Assembly: GCF_000143415.4 (NCBI RefSeq)
Contig: NW_003314265.1
Location: forward strand, 3,964,443 to 4,028,442
Direction of reading: 5' to 3'
DNA length: 64,000 bases
DNA from: Selaginella moellendorffii
Lineage: Eukaryota > Plantae > Lycopodiophyta
Numbering within the stretch: the first letter of the stretch is position 1; every line of letters starts with the position of its first letter. Both the position numbers and the translations under genes were made by a program. Below are positions 12,608 to 27,500 of the stretch, piece by piece. The notes below the pieces were generated by a model that ran no database searches, was not told the origin of the DNA, and worked only from the letters and a program-made list of their open reading frames with translations.

Positions 12608-13584
12608 TTAGATATTTAGAACGAACATGGTCATTATCAAACATTATTCAGTCACACTAAAGGATATAATGGTACAGAAAAGTCATAAAAGTGATTAGAT
12701 TTTTTAAATTTTATACATAAATGTCAAAGGTGACTATTTGCTGTAAACCTGTTCACCTGTAGAATTAGTTGACTGTGTAAGAGATCTAAATTTGTCAACT
12801 TTGAAGAACACTGAATTGGAATGGAAATCTATTGAAAAAGTCTATTTCTTTTTTAACTCCTTCATCATGCTATAAATCTTTTATAAGCATTTGTTTTGGT
12901 ACAAGGTTTAGCACCTTTTGAAAGTGATAGAATAAAAGTAACTAAGTCTCACATGTAATGAAGCATAGTAGGTGGTTTCAAGTTTTGTAATGGAGTCACA
13001 TGGGAGGCAAATGGCTCAAAAGTATTACCAACTGTTTGTGCTCATAATTTTGCTCATTTTTCTTTATGAGAATGTGCTTTTGATATTGTTTTAGTCCTTA
13101 TGGGATATTAAGGAATGTATATATATGTTTTATCAATCCAAAGTACTCATTACATTAATAGAAATACAATTGTTGTTCAATAGTTAAGCACACTTCAATA
13201 AATGTTATTAAACACAAAATCCTTGAGGATGAGGTGAGGTTTGGTCCTTCAATCCCCATTACTCCCTACTCTTATATTCAAGATTTTAGAGACCTTAGAA
13301 TCTCCTCTAGCTCTACCACCTCACAAGCTCTAATCTATATTAGTACCCTAATTGCCTTTTTGATTATAAGTTTGTGCAAAATATGCATTAGCTATGGCCA
13401 CAAAAATGCTCTCTAGGAAGCTATTTCATTGACCATTGACCAGATTTTAATCTTGTGATTTTTATCTTGTTTAATTCTATTAAGAGTTGTGCTGGAAAAC
13501 AAAATATAGATGCAACACTAATAAAAAAAATTCAAACCCCCTCCTCATTGTAGTATACCCAAAGTTGGTCTCGACCCTTCCAAA

Positions 13585-14356
13585 CAGTGACTGGCCAATT
13601 GGCCAACTGTAGTTATCGACTAGTCATAGAAGTGTAGAACAATTGATTGGTTCATAAAGTTTTCTTGATTAAAATTTTTTTTATAGTAAAACTAAACTAA
13701 TAAAAGAACAAAAACAAAACCATTAGAATTTAACTATTATTCATTTTTTTCAACATCTTTGGCAACTTTTTCATTATCTTTGACATCTTTCTTAACAATC
13801 TTTACATTTTTATTTGGAAGATTTTCCTTAATAAATTTTTTATACCAAGAGACTTAAGCCTAGTTTATTTGTCTACAATCTTCATCTATTGTAGTTCAAT
13901 TGCAATTGTGTCAAAATCAATCTAAAAACTTCATTCCTTCACTTTAAATATGATTGTTCCACTTTGGTGTTGCTATGCACATAATCAACTTCTTTAAGTT
14001 TTCAGGAAGTAAATGATTGCTTTGGATTAAATTTTAATGTTCCAATTTCACTCATATAGAGAACAACACACTCCTTAGCTCAATACATGAAGTGTTAACT
14101 TCCTCAACTCAAGCATCTCATATCTATAGGATTCCCACAGGAATTTCTTTTTTGCTTTGCTCTTCAACAAATTTTGATAGTTCTTTTAAATTTTTATTGA
14201 AACATATTGAATTGTTCATCCAACATTTCTTTTACCCGAGTGTCCTCATGGCAATAAAGTGATAAGTAATCCATCCAACCATTTTTTACCTTAACATCTA
14301 AGTTTTGCTCAAGGTATGAAGGATTCAAAGTATGTGTAGTGTTATGCATATAACTA
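13585..14356 (-). pseudogene. hAT transposase 3' remnant, interrupted by the family B LTR
   Basis: Minus-strand traces SYMHNTTHTLNP and E*NWN...NHLLPENLKKLI/YVHSN resemble the hAT LHxAAxxLNP and CERNWS..RNRL..LVYVHxN dimerisation motifs. Candidate CAGTG terminus at 13585. Confidence 0.5.
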
Positions 14357-17300
14357 TGCATGCACGTGGCTTTTACCCTTTATCCTATGGTTATTTACCA
14401 TAGGATAACCACGAAATGGAACCTAAATCCTCTATGTGCCACGTGTCACATGCCATGTGTCCAAAGGACAGTGGTGTGGAACTCAAGTTTCAAGGCCTTG
14501 GGCCACTAAACGAAGGAATGGTGCCAATCTCCTTAGCTAGAAGCCAAGGAGCGAAGGAACTGGACCACAGAGCAACTCTCAAGCATATAGCTCAAGGAGT
14601 GAAGGGACAGGAGCACGAAGCAACTTGAAATAGTCCTAGAGCATCTAGCATCCCAATGCCAGAACCAGCACACAAAACGGAGCCAAATGGAATCTGGCAC
14701 CATTTTAGTATACTGGTGACTTAACGCGAGGATATGGGTACTCCACCAACTAGTATAATATGGAGTTTAGGCTTAAACCCAAGCTAGATGCAGAATAAAG
14801 ACAGGCATGCAAGCAAAAGCTAGACTATGCCTCAAGTTAGTCAGCCATGCCTGATCTACCCACTATACCTATTATACATTTGAAACCCCCCACTGCCCCC
14901 CTTCTGAAGAACGCACACTTTGGGCTTTCACCCCAATCCTCCCTTAGTATCATGAGTTAGTCTCTGGGACAAGTTTGAAACTTACTAAATATGGAATATC
15001 TTTAGATTGCAAAGATTGCAAATTTGGACACAGGATGAACACCATTAAGTTCAAAACAATCTCTACATTTCGTAGATATGCCAAATAAACAAATCTAAAC
15101 ACTTTCCATAAATAGTATTTGGGACCGAAATGAGACTAACACAAAGGGCATGATAGCGAGGGTGTTTGGTAGACACAATAAGCTATCATCCAACGTTATT
15201 GAGGGACTAGTCTCAATATAGGAGGGTTCTTGTCAAGCCAGTGCAAGACAGAGCAAAAGAGAACTAAAAGGCTAGGCCAAGTATGCTTGGCAAAATAGAC
15301 ACTTAGGAATTCTGTCTTTATGTTCATCCGGCCAAGTATAGATGTAAAGTCCAATTTACTAACACTTGAACAAAAAGGGCTGATAAAGGGTCTAGTAATA
15401 TCGACCTCCTGCCGTCATGACAGTAAGGAAAGAGTGTCCATAAAGACTAGCCGATAGATAACTTTCAATACCCGAAGTCACATTTGTGACACTCTCCCCC
15501 CCTTAGGGAAGATTGACATCCTCGTTGATGCATACTCGAGTCTAGACCATTGCCAAGGAAACAACTCTGGAAAAAGTTCACGGTGATCACACGATGTGAA
15601 AAATGCACCAATTTAAATGAGTTAGGAAGCAATCTCTGTGTCTAACACAGATACATTACTAGCTCAGACACTTGACAGGGAAAGGACTAATGGAGTCAGC
15701 CTGCTACTTTGGGTGTCACCTAGCTTATAAAAGTGTGATATGCCCCTACCTGTAGGGATATAAAGAGAGAAGCCAAAGGCCCCAGCCCTCCTAAGCAAAA
15801 AAACCAAACCCATCGGTAAAGTTAAAATAGACTACTATAAATAGGTAGTTAGAGTTGTTTACATGGTCACACCCTTTATAACAGAATAATGAACATCGAC
15901 AGAGAGGTGGGTGATGTGATCAGTCGACAATAGCTATAACTAAAGATTTCACTATGCACATGAAGTGCCGAAGCTAGTCTGCCTATACTGGCCCAAACTC
16001 AAAGATCAATAGATGGACAATATCAAAGGCATAGACAATGATATCTTAGAGACTTAATTATCAGTGAATAAAGCTTATTTTAGAACACAAAAGTATTCCA
16101 AGTAAGTTATCATCCGATAAACTAGTATTATAGTATAAGAACAACCAAGATCAACATGATTGAAAAACATAGGATTCACTATCTAACAAAATTCAATAGT
16201 AAGTGTATCATCAAGAAAACTCAATGATAATATATAACTATCAAAAAATTTAGATAACATACTAAACAACTTACAAAAGACAACTAAAAGAACACAAAGT
16301 ATCATTAACTAACAAGAAAAATATTTGTGAATGTATCACCCGAAGGAAATAATATCTGAATCTATCAAAGTGAACTTGAGCAACAATCAACAAAACAGAA
16401 TGAATGCAATAAGATCAACAAACACTCATTCATGCTAACTATCACACTAGTCAAGCTAAATAGATCATGGTCAATAATACCAAGGAAACAGAGTTGCTCA
16501 AGCAAGTGTCACCAACATCCTACTAATATCTCAAACCCAATAGACCAATCCAAAGCAAACCACAAAGAATATGTGGGAATGCAAAAAACCATAAGCCATC
16601 AAAGAGAATAACTAACTATCATGAAAGATCATCAATCATTTCATCAATGAAAAAATGCATAATCATCGTTGTAAAAAGAATCTACCATCTCGAAAAATGG
16701 TAAATCATTCTAAATCAACAATAATCAAGCAAAACTTTTTGACAAGAATAATCAACTATCCTAGATGATAGTCAATCATCACCAATGATTGTCAGATGCA
16801 AATATTAACTTTAACATCTAAGCTAATAAGCCAAAATGCTTTCCCTAATAACTCCTAACAAATGGGTATGAGCTTTCATAAGCATGAAAACTCAAAGAAC
16901 CAAAAGTTTGAAGAAGCCTATAGTTAAGTCTTGTGTAACAATGATTATAAGTTTTTCATGAACTAACTTCAATGCTAAAGAAGAAATCATGGCACAACTT
17001 ATAATATCCTCCTCAACACGTCCATAAGTTAAACTTTATAATGCCAAATCTAATGAAGAGCATTTTTGTATCAATCCAAAAGCTAAGCATAACAAAGATA
17101 TGCTCAACAAGTGATCACCAAACGATCCTCTATAAATTCATTTATAGCAAGATGTAACTCACTTCATAACAAGCACGAAAATAATCATTAATGATCAATA
17201 TATTCTAACTCAAATCCAATAAAGATTCAAACATCTTCAATATTGATCACTAACTCTTCCTCTTGTAAAGCTAATGTATTCCATGACCAAATCACTTTTC

Positions 17301-17640
17301 AAGGAAAAGCTAAAACTCAACCCCTACTAAACAATCTTGTCTAGAACATAATTAACTCAACTTGCCACTCAGTTCATTTGAATGCTAATATAGTTGTTAA
17401 CTAGCAAATTGTGAGACACAAATCCCTAAGCCCTAAAGTGGAGCCGAAAGGGTGCCATGTGGTAGTGGCCGAAGCAAAAGCCAAACAAGCGTAACACATT
17501 TGGACTAAAAGGCTCCGATTTGAGAGGTTGAGAGTGGGAGTGGAACTCCCAATGAAGTGCTCAAGGAATGAGCATGAAGCGAGCAATAAGCGAGGCTCCA
17601 AAAAGGGACCCAAAAGGACCAACACATGACATGTGGAAGT

Positions 17641-18165
17641 GTCCGAGGTGGACCGAGACGGAGTCCAAGATGAAGTTTGAGGTGGACCGAGACGGAGTCC
17701 AAGATGAAGTTTGAGGTGGACCGAGACGGAGTCCGAGATGGAGTTCAAGATGGACTGAGACGGAGTCCGAGATGGAGTCCGAGGTGGACCGAGACGGAGT
17801 CCGAGATGGAGTCCGAGATGGACTGAGACGGAGTCCGAGATGGAGTCTGAGATGAAGTCCGAGGTGGACCGAGACGGAGTCCGAGATGGAGTCCGAGATG
17901 GACCAAGACGGAGTCCGAGATGGACCGAGACGGAGTCCGAGATGGAGTCCAAGATGGACCGAGACGGAGTCCGAGATGGAGTCCGCAATGGAGTCCGAGA
18001 TGGACCCAAGATGGAATCTGAGATGGAGTCCGAGAAGGACCCGAGATGGAATCCGAGGTCGAGACCGAGACCGAGTCCAAGTCCGAGTCCGAGTCTGAGT
18101 CCGAGTCCGAGTCCGAGTCCGAGTCTGAGTCCGAGTCCGAGTCCGAGTTCGAGTTCGAGTCTGAG
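17641..18165. repeat. GAGTCC/GAGATG/GAGACC tandem array in the family A LTR
   Basis: Hexamer-based units. Equivalent arrays at ~23447-24508, ~46293-46883, ~52221-52757 and ~62317-62730. Confidence 0.9.
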
Positions 18166-21100
18166 AGGGTGAAAGCCCAAAGCGTTCGTCTCCCAGACCT
18201 TGGGGGGTTTGGTGAGCTCCAAAAGTATAGTATGGGGGTTGGAGCCCAGTGGAGCCAGTTTGGCCAGGTAGGGCCAGTTTGGCCCAAGAAGGCCATACCC
18301 AGTGTTGGGTGATGAACTGAGTCCAAGACTAGAGTGAATACAGACCGACAAGCGGGGTAGCTTGGTGAATTGTTCAAGAGCCGACTCTAGTTCCCCCGGG
18401 AGATCGAATGGTCGATGCTCCTAGTCCAAGTGTGGGTGGCACTACCTACTTGGATATCTGGTGTGGCTCAATGGAACCTCGCTCTAAGCCCATGGCTAGA
18501 GCACCCAAAGGCGGAAGGTGGGGAGAGTACCCATGAGGCCCATGTAGGGCCACGGTGTTTTGAAATGTTGTCCCAAAGGCCCAAATTGTGGAAAGGAAGA
18601 GGAGTAATCCTTTGGTGTAGTGACCAAGGATACAGTTGAGTGGTGAGGAAGTCCCAGAGGACCATGGGACTTAGTGGTCTAGCCTATGGGCCTCGATCCA
18701 GTGGCAGTGTTGGCGAACACGGCCATGGGCAGAAAGGGACTTGGTGAAGACCGGAAAAGGGATATTGGGGAAGGCTATTCCCCATGTCTGTGGGCATCCT
18801 AAGGATGCTAAAGAGTGGATCTGGAATGATCACTCATGGACGGATGGCCCAGTCCTTGAGAGATGGGACTGTGATGCAAGTGGTGTTAGACCACCGGTGT
18901 GACCAAGGTAAAGGGGCATAGCCTTAGCGTAATGGGCCGATATGTCGGTGGTACCTTGGGGTGTCGGTCATGGGATCGGACACGCAGAGCACTTGGATCA
19001 AGTGCAAAGGTTGAGTGGCGGGGATGCCATTCTCAGGGCTAGCAAGCCCAAGTCTGAAATAGGACTTATGGAGGTTGTGAGTGAGACTCTTCCAAGTGGT
19101 TAGAGGTGTGGTTAAGTGACTAAAGTAGAATGGAAAATTTAGTCGCTTACAACTTGGTATCGGAGCTGTTCCTTAGTCTGACTCTTATTGGTGGCCAAGC
19201 ATATCACCACTTGTATTGGAGTTGGAAGGTCCTAGATATGGACCTATCCTCGAGGAGTAGCATGTCGAGAGGACATGGCTCTCCACTCAAGTTCATGCGT
19301 GAACTTGTGCACGATGTGGTGGATGGAAGAGGGCCAGTAAGGGAACGACTTTGGGATCTTGGGAACAGTATAAGGGTTTCCTCAGAGAGCTGAGGATGTG
19401 ATCCAGATGAGCGTTTGACACAGCAAACGAGCTAATGTAGTTGTGGTAAACAACTATAGTTGGGATCACGGGAAAGATGCGGACTCCAAAACAATAAAGG
19501 AGTCACAAGATTACCTTTATATGGTTGAGGCTGGTATTCATAAATTTGAGACCAGAATTGTTGACCATGGGAGGTCAAATACAGAAGAGGACACAAGTCC
19601 TTGAAATGGTAGCCGGGGTTACCTCTAATAAATGCTGGAACAACCCAAGGAGTTGGGGGTGTACTTAAAGATGAGTTGCTATTCTCATCATATGGACAAG
19701 TGGTCATGAGGGGCAAAGGTTAGCCCCAAGAAAATCATCAAGTGTCGGAGTAATACTTGCAAAGATTGTCCTTGTGGGTAGGACATAAATACAAGAAGTT
19801 GTATTCCAGCGAGTTGGCACCTCGAAGACTAAGACCTCGCAAGTTGTTGGAGTAGCAAAGTCCAAAATGCTGGATGACTCAAGCGGAGTCAGGGAATGGT
19901 CCTAAGGGATTGGTTGGAGCATTTGGACCGAAGTGTATGATGCCCCATGAGGTATGGGGAGGATCATAAGATCCAAGTATGAGAACAGTAGGTATCTCAT
20001 TGATGGCAGAATGTGCCATACTAAAGTTGTGGGAAAGATGTTCCCAGAAGAAAGCAACTTTGGCCCAGAGTTGGGTGCAAACACTATGGTGCAGTGCTAA
20101 CGGATAGTTAGTATGAGGAACAACTATATAGGTCTTGGCAAAGACCTAGACACTAATAAGTAATGTCATAAGGGTAGGCTCGTGGGGCTGATGGTGTGGA
20201 GACACCAAATGTGCCAAGGTGTGATACCTGGAGGTTATGATGGTGGGTTCATAAGAACCCCTTGCCAAGGGAATCCCAACGGAAGCGGAAATGGCATAAC
20301 CTAAGCTGGAAGGCATGCGATTGGAGTGTGGTGACCCAAATAATGATGGAAGTGTGGAAGCACCAAGCAATGAGTTGTAGGACTTGATAACTATGGGGCA
20401 ACTAAACAAGAGGTGTAAGATAATTGGTTAAATGGGTAGAAGGTAGTTACCCAAGACTTCTTAATGGCATAAGGAAGTTAGATATACCCTTACGGGGGAT
20501 AAATTGCTTATGTTGCGATATAATAAGTCAATGTCGTAAATAAGAATGCTCATTGTCAGGAGGCCATCATTGGGACACCCAAACACTCTAGAACACCAGG
20601 AGGTGGTGTTTCGTGTCGCAAGGGCAATAGATAAAGCCTAAGGGACTAAGTCCCTAGCAAATGATGGATAGTAGGTGCTATCCAAATGTCCAAGGTTGTG
20701 GAGACAGGAGAATACTGTCTACCCGAATTGGACAAAACCAAAAATGGAATTTTGGCAAGGCTAGTGATGGGCATGTAAGGGCCCATAAGCAGCAACGTTA
20801 ATCCCAATGTGTGGGATTATAAGGTGAGCATGCCCAAGATTGAGGAACCACTCCCTAGGCTATCGGGTAGGTTCATCCCTAAGAATACTTGCTAAGGCAT
20901 AGTAAAATGTGCAAAGCTATCCTTCTAGTCTGGAGGAGAATAACCAAAGGAAACATATGGGGCCAAAAGGCAAGTAGTATTGGGATGGAACTGAACCATA
21001 GAAATTGAAGGGCATATCCAACAGTAGTTATGCAAGTTGGGAGTGGAGAATCAAGAGGGTGCTCGAGGATGTTGTTGCTAGCAACTGTGATGCTATGGAG

Positions 21101-21633
21101 AGTCTAAAATATGGAATTGTCCATGTTAGACTATATGGCAACTATAAAGTTTGCGAAAAGGGAGGCCTTAGCAAGCTAAGAAACAAAATTCCTTCAAGGT
21201 TCCCAAAGACGATTCTAGGTAGCTTAATACCTAAAAAGGCCAAGTGTAAATGGTTCATGAAACGCGCGAAATCAGAGTGGCACAGCAGAAGCGTGGTTTT
21301 GAAGCTTACCATGAGGCAAAGCTATCAAGGTTAGGGAAGTAGTTCCCGAGGGTCCAAAGAGAGGGCTTTGAACGAAAGTCGATGGCCAAGAACTTTCACG
21401 CTTATGCAGGAACCATGTTACAGTGGTCGGAGGATTTGCCAAGCGAGATTGGTAAGTCAGGGGAACAAATGCCCTAGTTGAAGGTGATAACTTCAAAAAG
21501 GGTGGGCTATGGGGCCGAGCATGGAGGAGTCCATGCATGATCACAGACTTGTCAAGCGAGAGGACTTGGCAGTGCGCAGGAATTAGGTTCCTGAGTTGTG
21601 ATCTGTAACGCGCTTTAAATATAAGTTGGTGCA

Positions 21634-21750
21634 CTGGCGTGGGGAGTCACGCCAGGCATCCGGTGTGATGCCGTCCGTAGATGCATATACGGAGGTTAGG
21701 TGCGAGTCCCGACCCTCTAGTGCTTGGGTTCGAGTCCCAAATCACTAGGG
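21634..21750 (+). other. five-hairpin cluster with tRNA T-loop/B-box-like motif in the A1 internal region
   Basis: CTGGCGTG/CACGCCAG, GGCATC/GATGCC, TCCGTA/TACGGA, GGTTAGG-TGCGAGT-CCCGACC and CTAGTG..TTGGG-TTCGAGT-CCCAA..CACTAG. Confidence 0.55.
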
Positions 21751-23801
21751 CGTGGTGATGGTTTAGAATATGAGGACACTCATTTTTCGGTGGTCATGGA
21801 CTCTCAGTGAGGAGACTGGTTTGGGCACACCGCCAAGTGAGGGATGCCTCGGAGTCATGATGCACAGTTAGATTGCTTAGAGTGAAAGCTCGGCATATCT
21901 AACTTGAACACTTTGGTGCAAAGGGCACCAAGGACGTAGTGAATGAGATGGGGACACCCAGTCTCAATTGCTATGGATCCTTGGCCGGAAGGGCTGGCTT
22001 GGGCGCACCGCCAAGTGTGGGGGATGCCCCCATGGTCATAGTCAACAACATGGAGGGGTCTAGAAGACTTAGTTCCTATGGGTAGACCTATTAAGGGGTT
22101 AAGATGAGATCACTAGGTGATCTTGTGGCTAAATAAGGACAAGGTCTTTGTTTGGGTTAAGGGATATGATTCCTAGTTTAAAGTGTTGATTTAAACTATT
22201 GATAATAGTGTGGCTTTGTCAAGGTGACCAAGTGGGAAGAACATCTAAGGGAAATGAGCTATGTCAATGTTATGGCATAGTAAGTCCAAGGAAGGTAGTC
22301 TCTATAAGAGATCCAAGAAAGGATCTCAAAAGTTGGGCCGTGGGTAGAACCCACAGCAGAAAATGTTAAAGAAACATACTAGGGGTGAACACCCTCTGGA
22401 CTTGGCAAAGCAAAGTGTTTGCTATGGAACTAAAAGGAAACCTCGAAAATGGAGGTAGCGATCCTATATTGCTGGATGCAACAATCAAGGATAGGAGCAA
22501 AAGACTAGTGGCTAAGAAAAGAGCCATGGGAATCCTGGGAAAGAATCCAAATGGCAAAGTTAGGCCGAGAACACTAATGTGTTAGGTGCTAGCGGATTGT
22601 GGGAAAGGCAAAATTTCCCTAAGGGTGGATTCCCAACCGCTCCAATTTGGTGAAGTGGATGCTCCAAAGAGGGGAGCGGTAAGGTAGCCAAATAATAGGG
22701 CTGTGGGCAGCCCTAGCACCAATTATGATAACTGAAACTTAGTGTCAAAGGTGGCATGATATCGGAGAGAGGATGATGGTATCCTCAAGTAAAGAACTTT
22801 TTAGGATAGGGAAGTGGAGTTGCACCATGTGCAACGTAAGGTGTTGGAGACACCTAGGAAATTGACTCTGAGAAGTCAAAACTAAAAGTCCCAAAGTGCA
22901 AGGTTATGTCAATGGAATCTGAGACTACTTAAGAATGAGTAGTGGAATTGAGTTAGAGAAGGAGTCTCTAACAGGTTTAGCGAGAACTGAACCAATAAAA
23001 GGGTGCAAACCACCCTAGGTGGTCGAATGAGTCTCTATATTGGAGAGACTATGCTCCTTAGAGGATGGACAAGGCATGGTGCGCCTTTGGTGTCAAACCA
23101 TAGACAAATATTGGCCGGGGGCCAAAGATGGAAATGGTAATACATGTGGGGGTTACTTTATAAAAGGGTTTACCGTTCGATGAGGACATCGAACTTCGTC
23201 TATAGGTGGTGAAGTTGTGAGACACAAATCCCTAAGCCCTAAAGTGGAGCCGAAAGGGTGCCACGTGGTAGTGGCCGAAGCAAAAGCCAAACGAGCGTAA
23301 CACGTTTGGACTAAAAGGCTTCGACTTAAGAGGTTGAGAGCGGGAGTGGAACTCCCAATGGAGTGCTCAAGGAACGAGCATGAAGTGAGCAATAAGCGAG
23401 GCTCCAAAAAGGGACCCAAAAGGACCAACACATGACATGTGGAAGTGTCCGAGGTGGACCGAGACGGAGTCCGAGATGAAGTTCGAGGTGGACCGAGACG
23501 GAGTCCGAGATGAAGTTCGAGGTGGACCGAGACGGAGTCCGAGATAGAGTCCGAGATGGACTGAGATGGAGTCCGAGACGAAGTCTGAGGTGGACCGAGA
23601 CGGAGTCCGAGATGGAGTCCGAAATGGACTGAGACGGAGTCCGAGATGGAGTCCGAGACGAAGTCTGAGGTGGACCGAGACGGAGTCCGAGATGGAGTCC
23701 GAAATGGACTGAGACGGAGTCCGAGATGCAGTCCGAGACGAAGTCCGAGGTGGACCGAGTCCGAGTCCGAGTCCGAGTCCGAGTCCGAGTCCGAGACCGA
23801 G

Positions 23802-23843
<42 letters not shown>

Positions 23844-23885
23844 GCCGAGACCGAGACCGAGACCGAGCTCGAGACCGAGACCGAG

Positions 23886-23923
<38 letters not shown>

Positions 23924-24403
23924 NNNNNNNNNNNNNNNNNNNNNNNNNNNNNNNNNNNNNNNNNNNNNNNNNNNNNNNNNNNNNNNNNNNNNNNNNNNNN
24001 NNNNNNNNNNNNNNNNNNNNNNNNNNNNNNNNNNNNNNNNNNNNNNNNNNNNNNNNNNNNNNNNNNNNNNNNNNNNNNNNNNNNNNNNNNNNNNNNNNNN
24101 NNNNNNNNNNNNNNNNNNNNNNNNNNNNNNNNNNNNNNNNNNNNNNNNNNNNNNNNNNNNNNNNNNNNNNNNNNNNNNNNNNNNNNNNNNNNNNNNNNNN
24201 NNNNNNNNNNNNNNNNNNNNNNNNNNNNNNNNNNNNNNNNNNNNNNNNNNNNNNNNNNNNNNNNNNNNNNNNNNNNNNNNNNNNNNNNNNNNNNNNNNNN
24301 NNNNNNNNNNNNNNNNNNNNNNNNNNNNNNNNNNNNNNNNNNNNNNNNNNNNNNNNNNNNNNNNNNNNNNNNNNNNNNNNNNNNNNNNNNNNNNNNNNNN
24401 NNN
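23924..24403. other. assembly gap (480 N) inside a (GAGACC)n array
   Basis: Run of N flanked on both sides by GAGACC repeats. Confidence 0.99.
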
Positions 24404-24503
<100 letters not shown>

Positions 24504-27500
24504 TCTGAGAGGGTGAAAGCCCAAAGTGTTCGTCCCCCAGACCCTGGGGGGTTTGGTGAGCTCCAAAAGTATAGTATGGGGGTTGGAGCCCAGTGGAGCC
24601 AGTTTGGCCAAGTAGGGCCAGTTTGGCCCAGGAAGGCCATACCCAGTGTTGGGTGATGAACTGACCATTGGGAAGTCCAAGACTAGAGTGAATACAGACC
24701 GACAAACGGGGTAGCTTGGTGAAGTGTTCAAGAGCCGACTCTAGTTCCCCCGGGAGATCGAATGGTCGATGCTCCCAGTCCAAGTGTGGGTGGCACTACC
24801 TACTTGGATATCTGGTGTGGCTCAATGGAACCTCGCTCTAAGCCCATGGCTAGAGCACCCAAAGGCGGAAAGCGGGGAGAGTACCCATGAGGCCCACGTA
24901 GGGTCACGGTGTTTCGAAATGTTGTCCCGAAGGCCCAGACTGTGGAAAGGAAGAGGAGTAGTCCTCTAGTGTAGTGACCAAGGATACAGTCGAGTGGTGA
25001 GGAAGTCCCAAAGGACTATGGGACTTAGTGGTCAAGCTTATGGGCCTCGATCCAGTGGCAGTGTTGGCGAACATGGCCATGTGCAGAAAGGGACTTAGTG
25101 AAGACCGAAAAAAAGATATTGGGGAAAGCTATTCCCCATGTCTGTAGGCATCCTAAGGATGCTAAGGAGTGGATCTGGAATGATCACTCATGGACGGATG
25201 GCCCAGTCCTTGAGAGATGGGACTGTGATGCAGGTGGTGTTAGACCACCGGTGTGACCAAGGTAAAGGGGCATGGCCTTAGCGTAACGGGCCGATATGTC
25301 GGTGGTACTTTGGGGTGTCGGTCATGGGATCGGACACGCGGAGCACTTGGATCAAGTGCAAAGGTTGAGTGGCAGGGATGCCATTCTCGGGGCTAGCAAG
25401 CCCAAGTCTGAAATAAGACTTATGGAGGTTGTGAGTGAGACTCCTCCAAGTGGTTGGAGGTGTGGTTAAGTGACTAAAGTAGAATGGAAAATTTAGTCGC
25501 TTACACAAATGCACAAATGCCAATAACATAAAGTTACAACTAAACCATCAACATTATCTTCATCGAGACTAATGAAACTCAATACCAATCCTAGGAAGAG
25601 ACATCTTATTTCATTCAAATCTCAACATAAAAAATGTCAACGACAAAGCATCATTTCAATACTATCAACATTAGAACAAAGCTACTAGAAAACAAGAGTG
25701 AATCATCACTCAAAGTTCTATAGCAACTAAGCTAACCAAAGTCAAAGATACTTTACTCAATATCTAAGATTAATCCTTCAACAATATTCAGCTATAGATA
25801 ATATATCATCAAGAAGTGATTCACCACATCCAAGACTCAATGAAATCTAACACTATGGACTAAACGTAACCAAAATGATATAAAAAACGGTAGAGTCGAC
25901 AGTCCCTCTTGTGCTAGTAGAGTTAACTAGGCATTTCGAGTGTACTTAGAAATGTGGGGGGTTCCAAATAGGGGGTTCCAAATGTATAGTAGGGATAGTG
26001 GGTAGGTCGAGTATGCCCGACTAACCTGAGGTATCCGCTTGCATGCCTGTCTTTGTTCTGCGTCCAATTTAGGTCTAAGCCCAAGTTCCATTCCATGCTA
26101 GCTGGTGAAGTACCCATATCTTCACATTAAGCCATTGGTATGCCGAAATACCACCACAGTCTGTTTGGCTCCATTTTGCGTGCTAGTTTTAACATTGGGA
26201 TGCTGGTTGCTCTAGGACTATTCCAAGTCACTTCGGGCTCCTGTCCCTTCACTCCTTGGGCTGTATGCTTAGGAGTTGCTTCGTGGTCCGGTTTCGTCAC
26301 TCCTTGGCTCCATGCTTGGGAGTTTGGCACCGTTCCTTCGTTCAGTGGCCAAAGACTCTGAAACTTAGGTTCCATACCATGGTCCTTTGGACATATGGCA
26401 TGTGACACATGGCATCTGTCACGTGGCACAAAGAGGGTTTAGGTTCCACTTTGTGGTTATCTTGTGGTAAATCACCATAGGATAAAGGGTCAAAACCATG
26501 TGCGCTACATTTGGTATCAGAGGATACGTCTCGGCAAGTACTATTCAATGAGATTAAACAACTAATCTCATTGCATACGCAAAGATGAAAACGATGATCC
26601 GAATGGGTACACGTTTGGGTGCAAAGGCTTCGCAATGGTTCCTTAGGTATGGATTTGGTTACCGTTTTGTACCAAATTATATGAGCTTGCTCTTGGACTC
26701 ATAAGAGATGTAAGATGTTCCATTTACATGAGTTTACGCTTGGGCTCGTGAATGAGGGATATTAGCAACTCAAGGTTATATTTTGAGTTGGCAGGATTAA
26801 TGTTAACCTATCAGTGGTTCCATGAGTTGTTCCAGTAGTTCCATGAGTTGTTCCTTGTACCATAAGAGAAAGTAAATTTTCCCTGAGTTTGCTATGAGTG
26901 GCAAATAGCCTGGTCTGTAGCTATTTAGCACGGCCCTAGTGGATCCTTCCTAGGCATGATTACAAGTGGATCAATAAAGATTATAAAGATTAGTCTATTG
27001 GTTCAAATAGTTATTGCTATGCTCTCTCATAAAATTTTCTTGGATTAGATTGAAGGTAGTGTGAAAACAGGTTTGAGGTTTGGTCAAAGTAAAGACCGAA
27101 AAGAGAGTCATCAGGGACGAACGATCAAACATGTAAATCATTTTCTCTTCTTAGAGAGATGATTCATAACGAGGTGTGACTCATTGCTCGTATTCATAAT
27201 ATACAATCAAGAGTTCCTACCTTGATGCATGTTAGTTATAGTGGTTTTACAAGTGGTGAATTGTATGATGGATAGCGGTGAAATGCTAAACCATTTTATC
27301 TAAGCTTGCTATTGTAAAGCTTGGGTTACAATGCTCAATTCTTTTCCAGGGAACTTTGTTATTGCTCCTTGAGTAGTTTGGTGTTGAATTAGTTTTGAGT
27401 TTGGTCAGAAAGAGAGTGACATAAGCTTGTTCATGTTGTAAACAAAAGTTAGTGGTGTTTTGTGTTGTAATTTCTATCGGTGGGGTGTGACATTTATATT

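Noticed and set aside
17401-18377. Long ORFs such as SESESE, RDRDRD, LGLGLG and SPRW repeats (also 23153-24783, 45784-47106, 51889-53032, 62048-62788)
   Set aside because: Products of stop-free hexamer arrays in LTRs, open in several frames on both strands; some run through the N gap.
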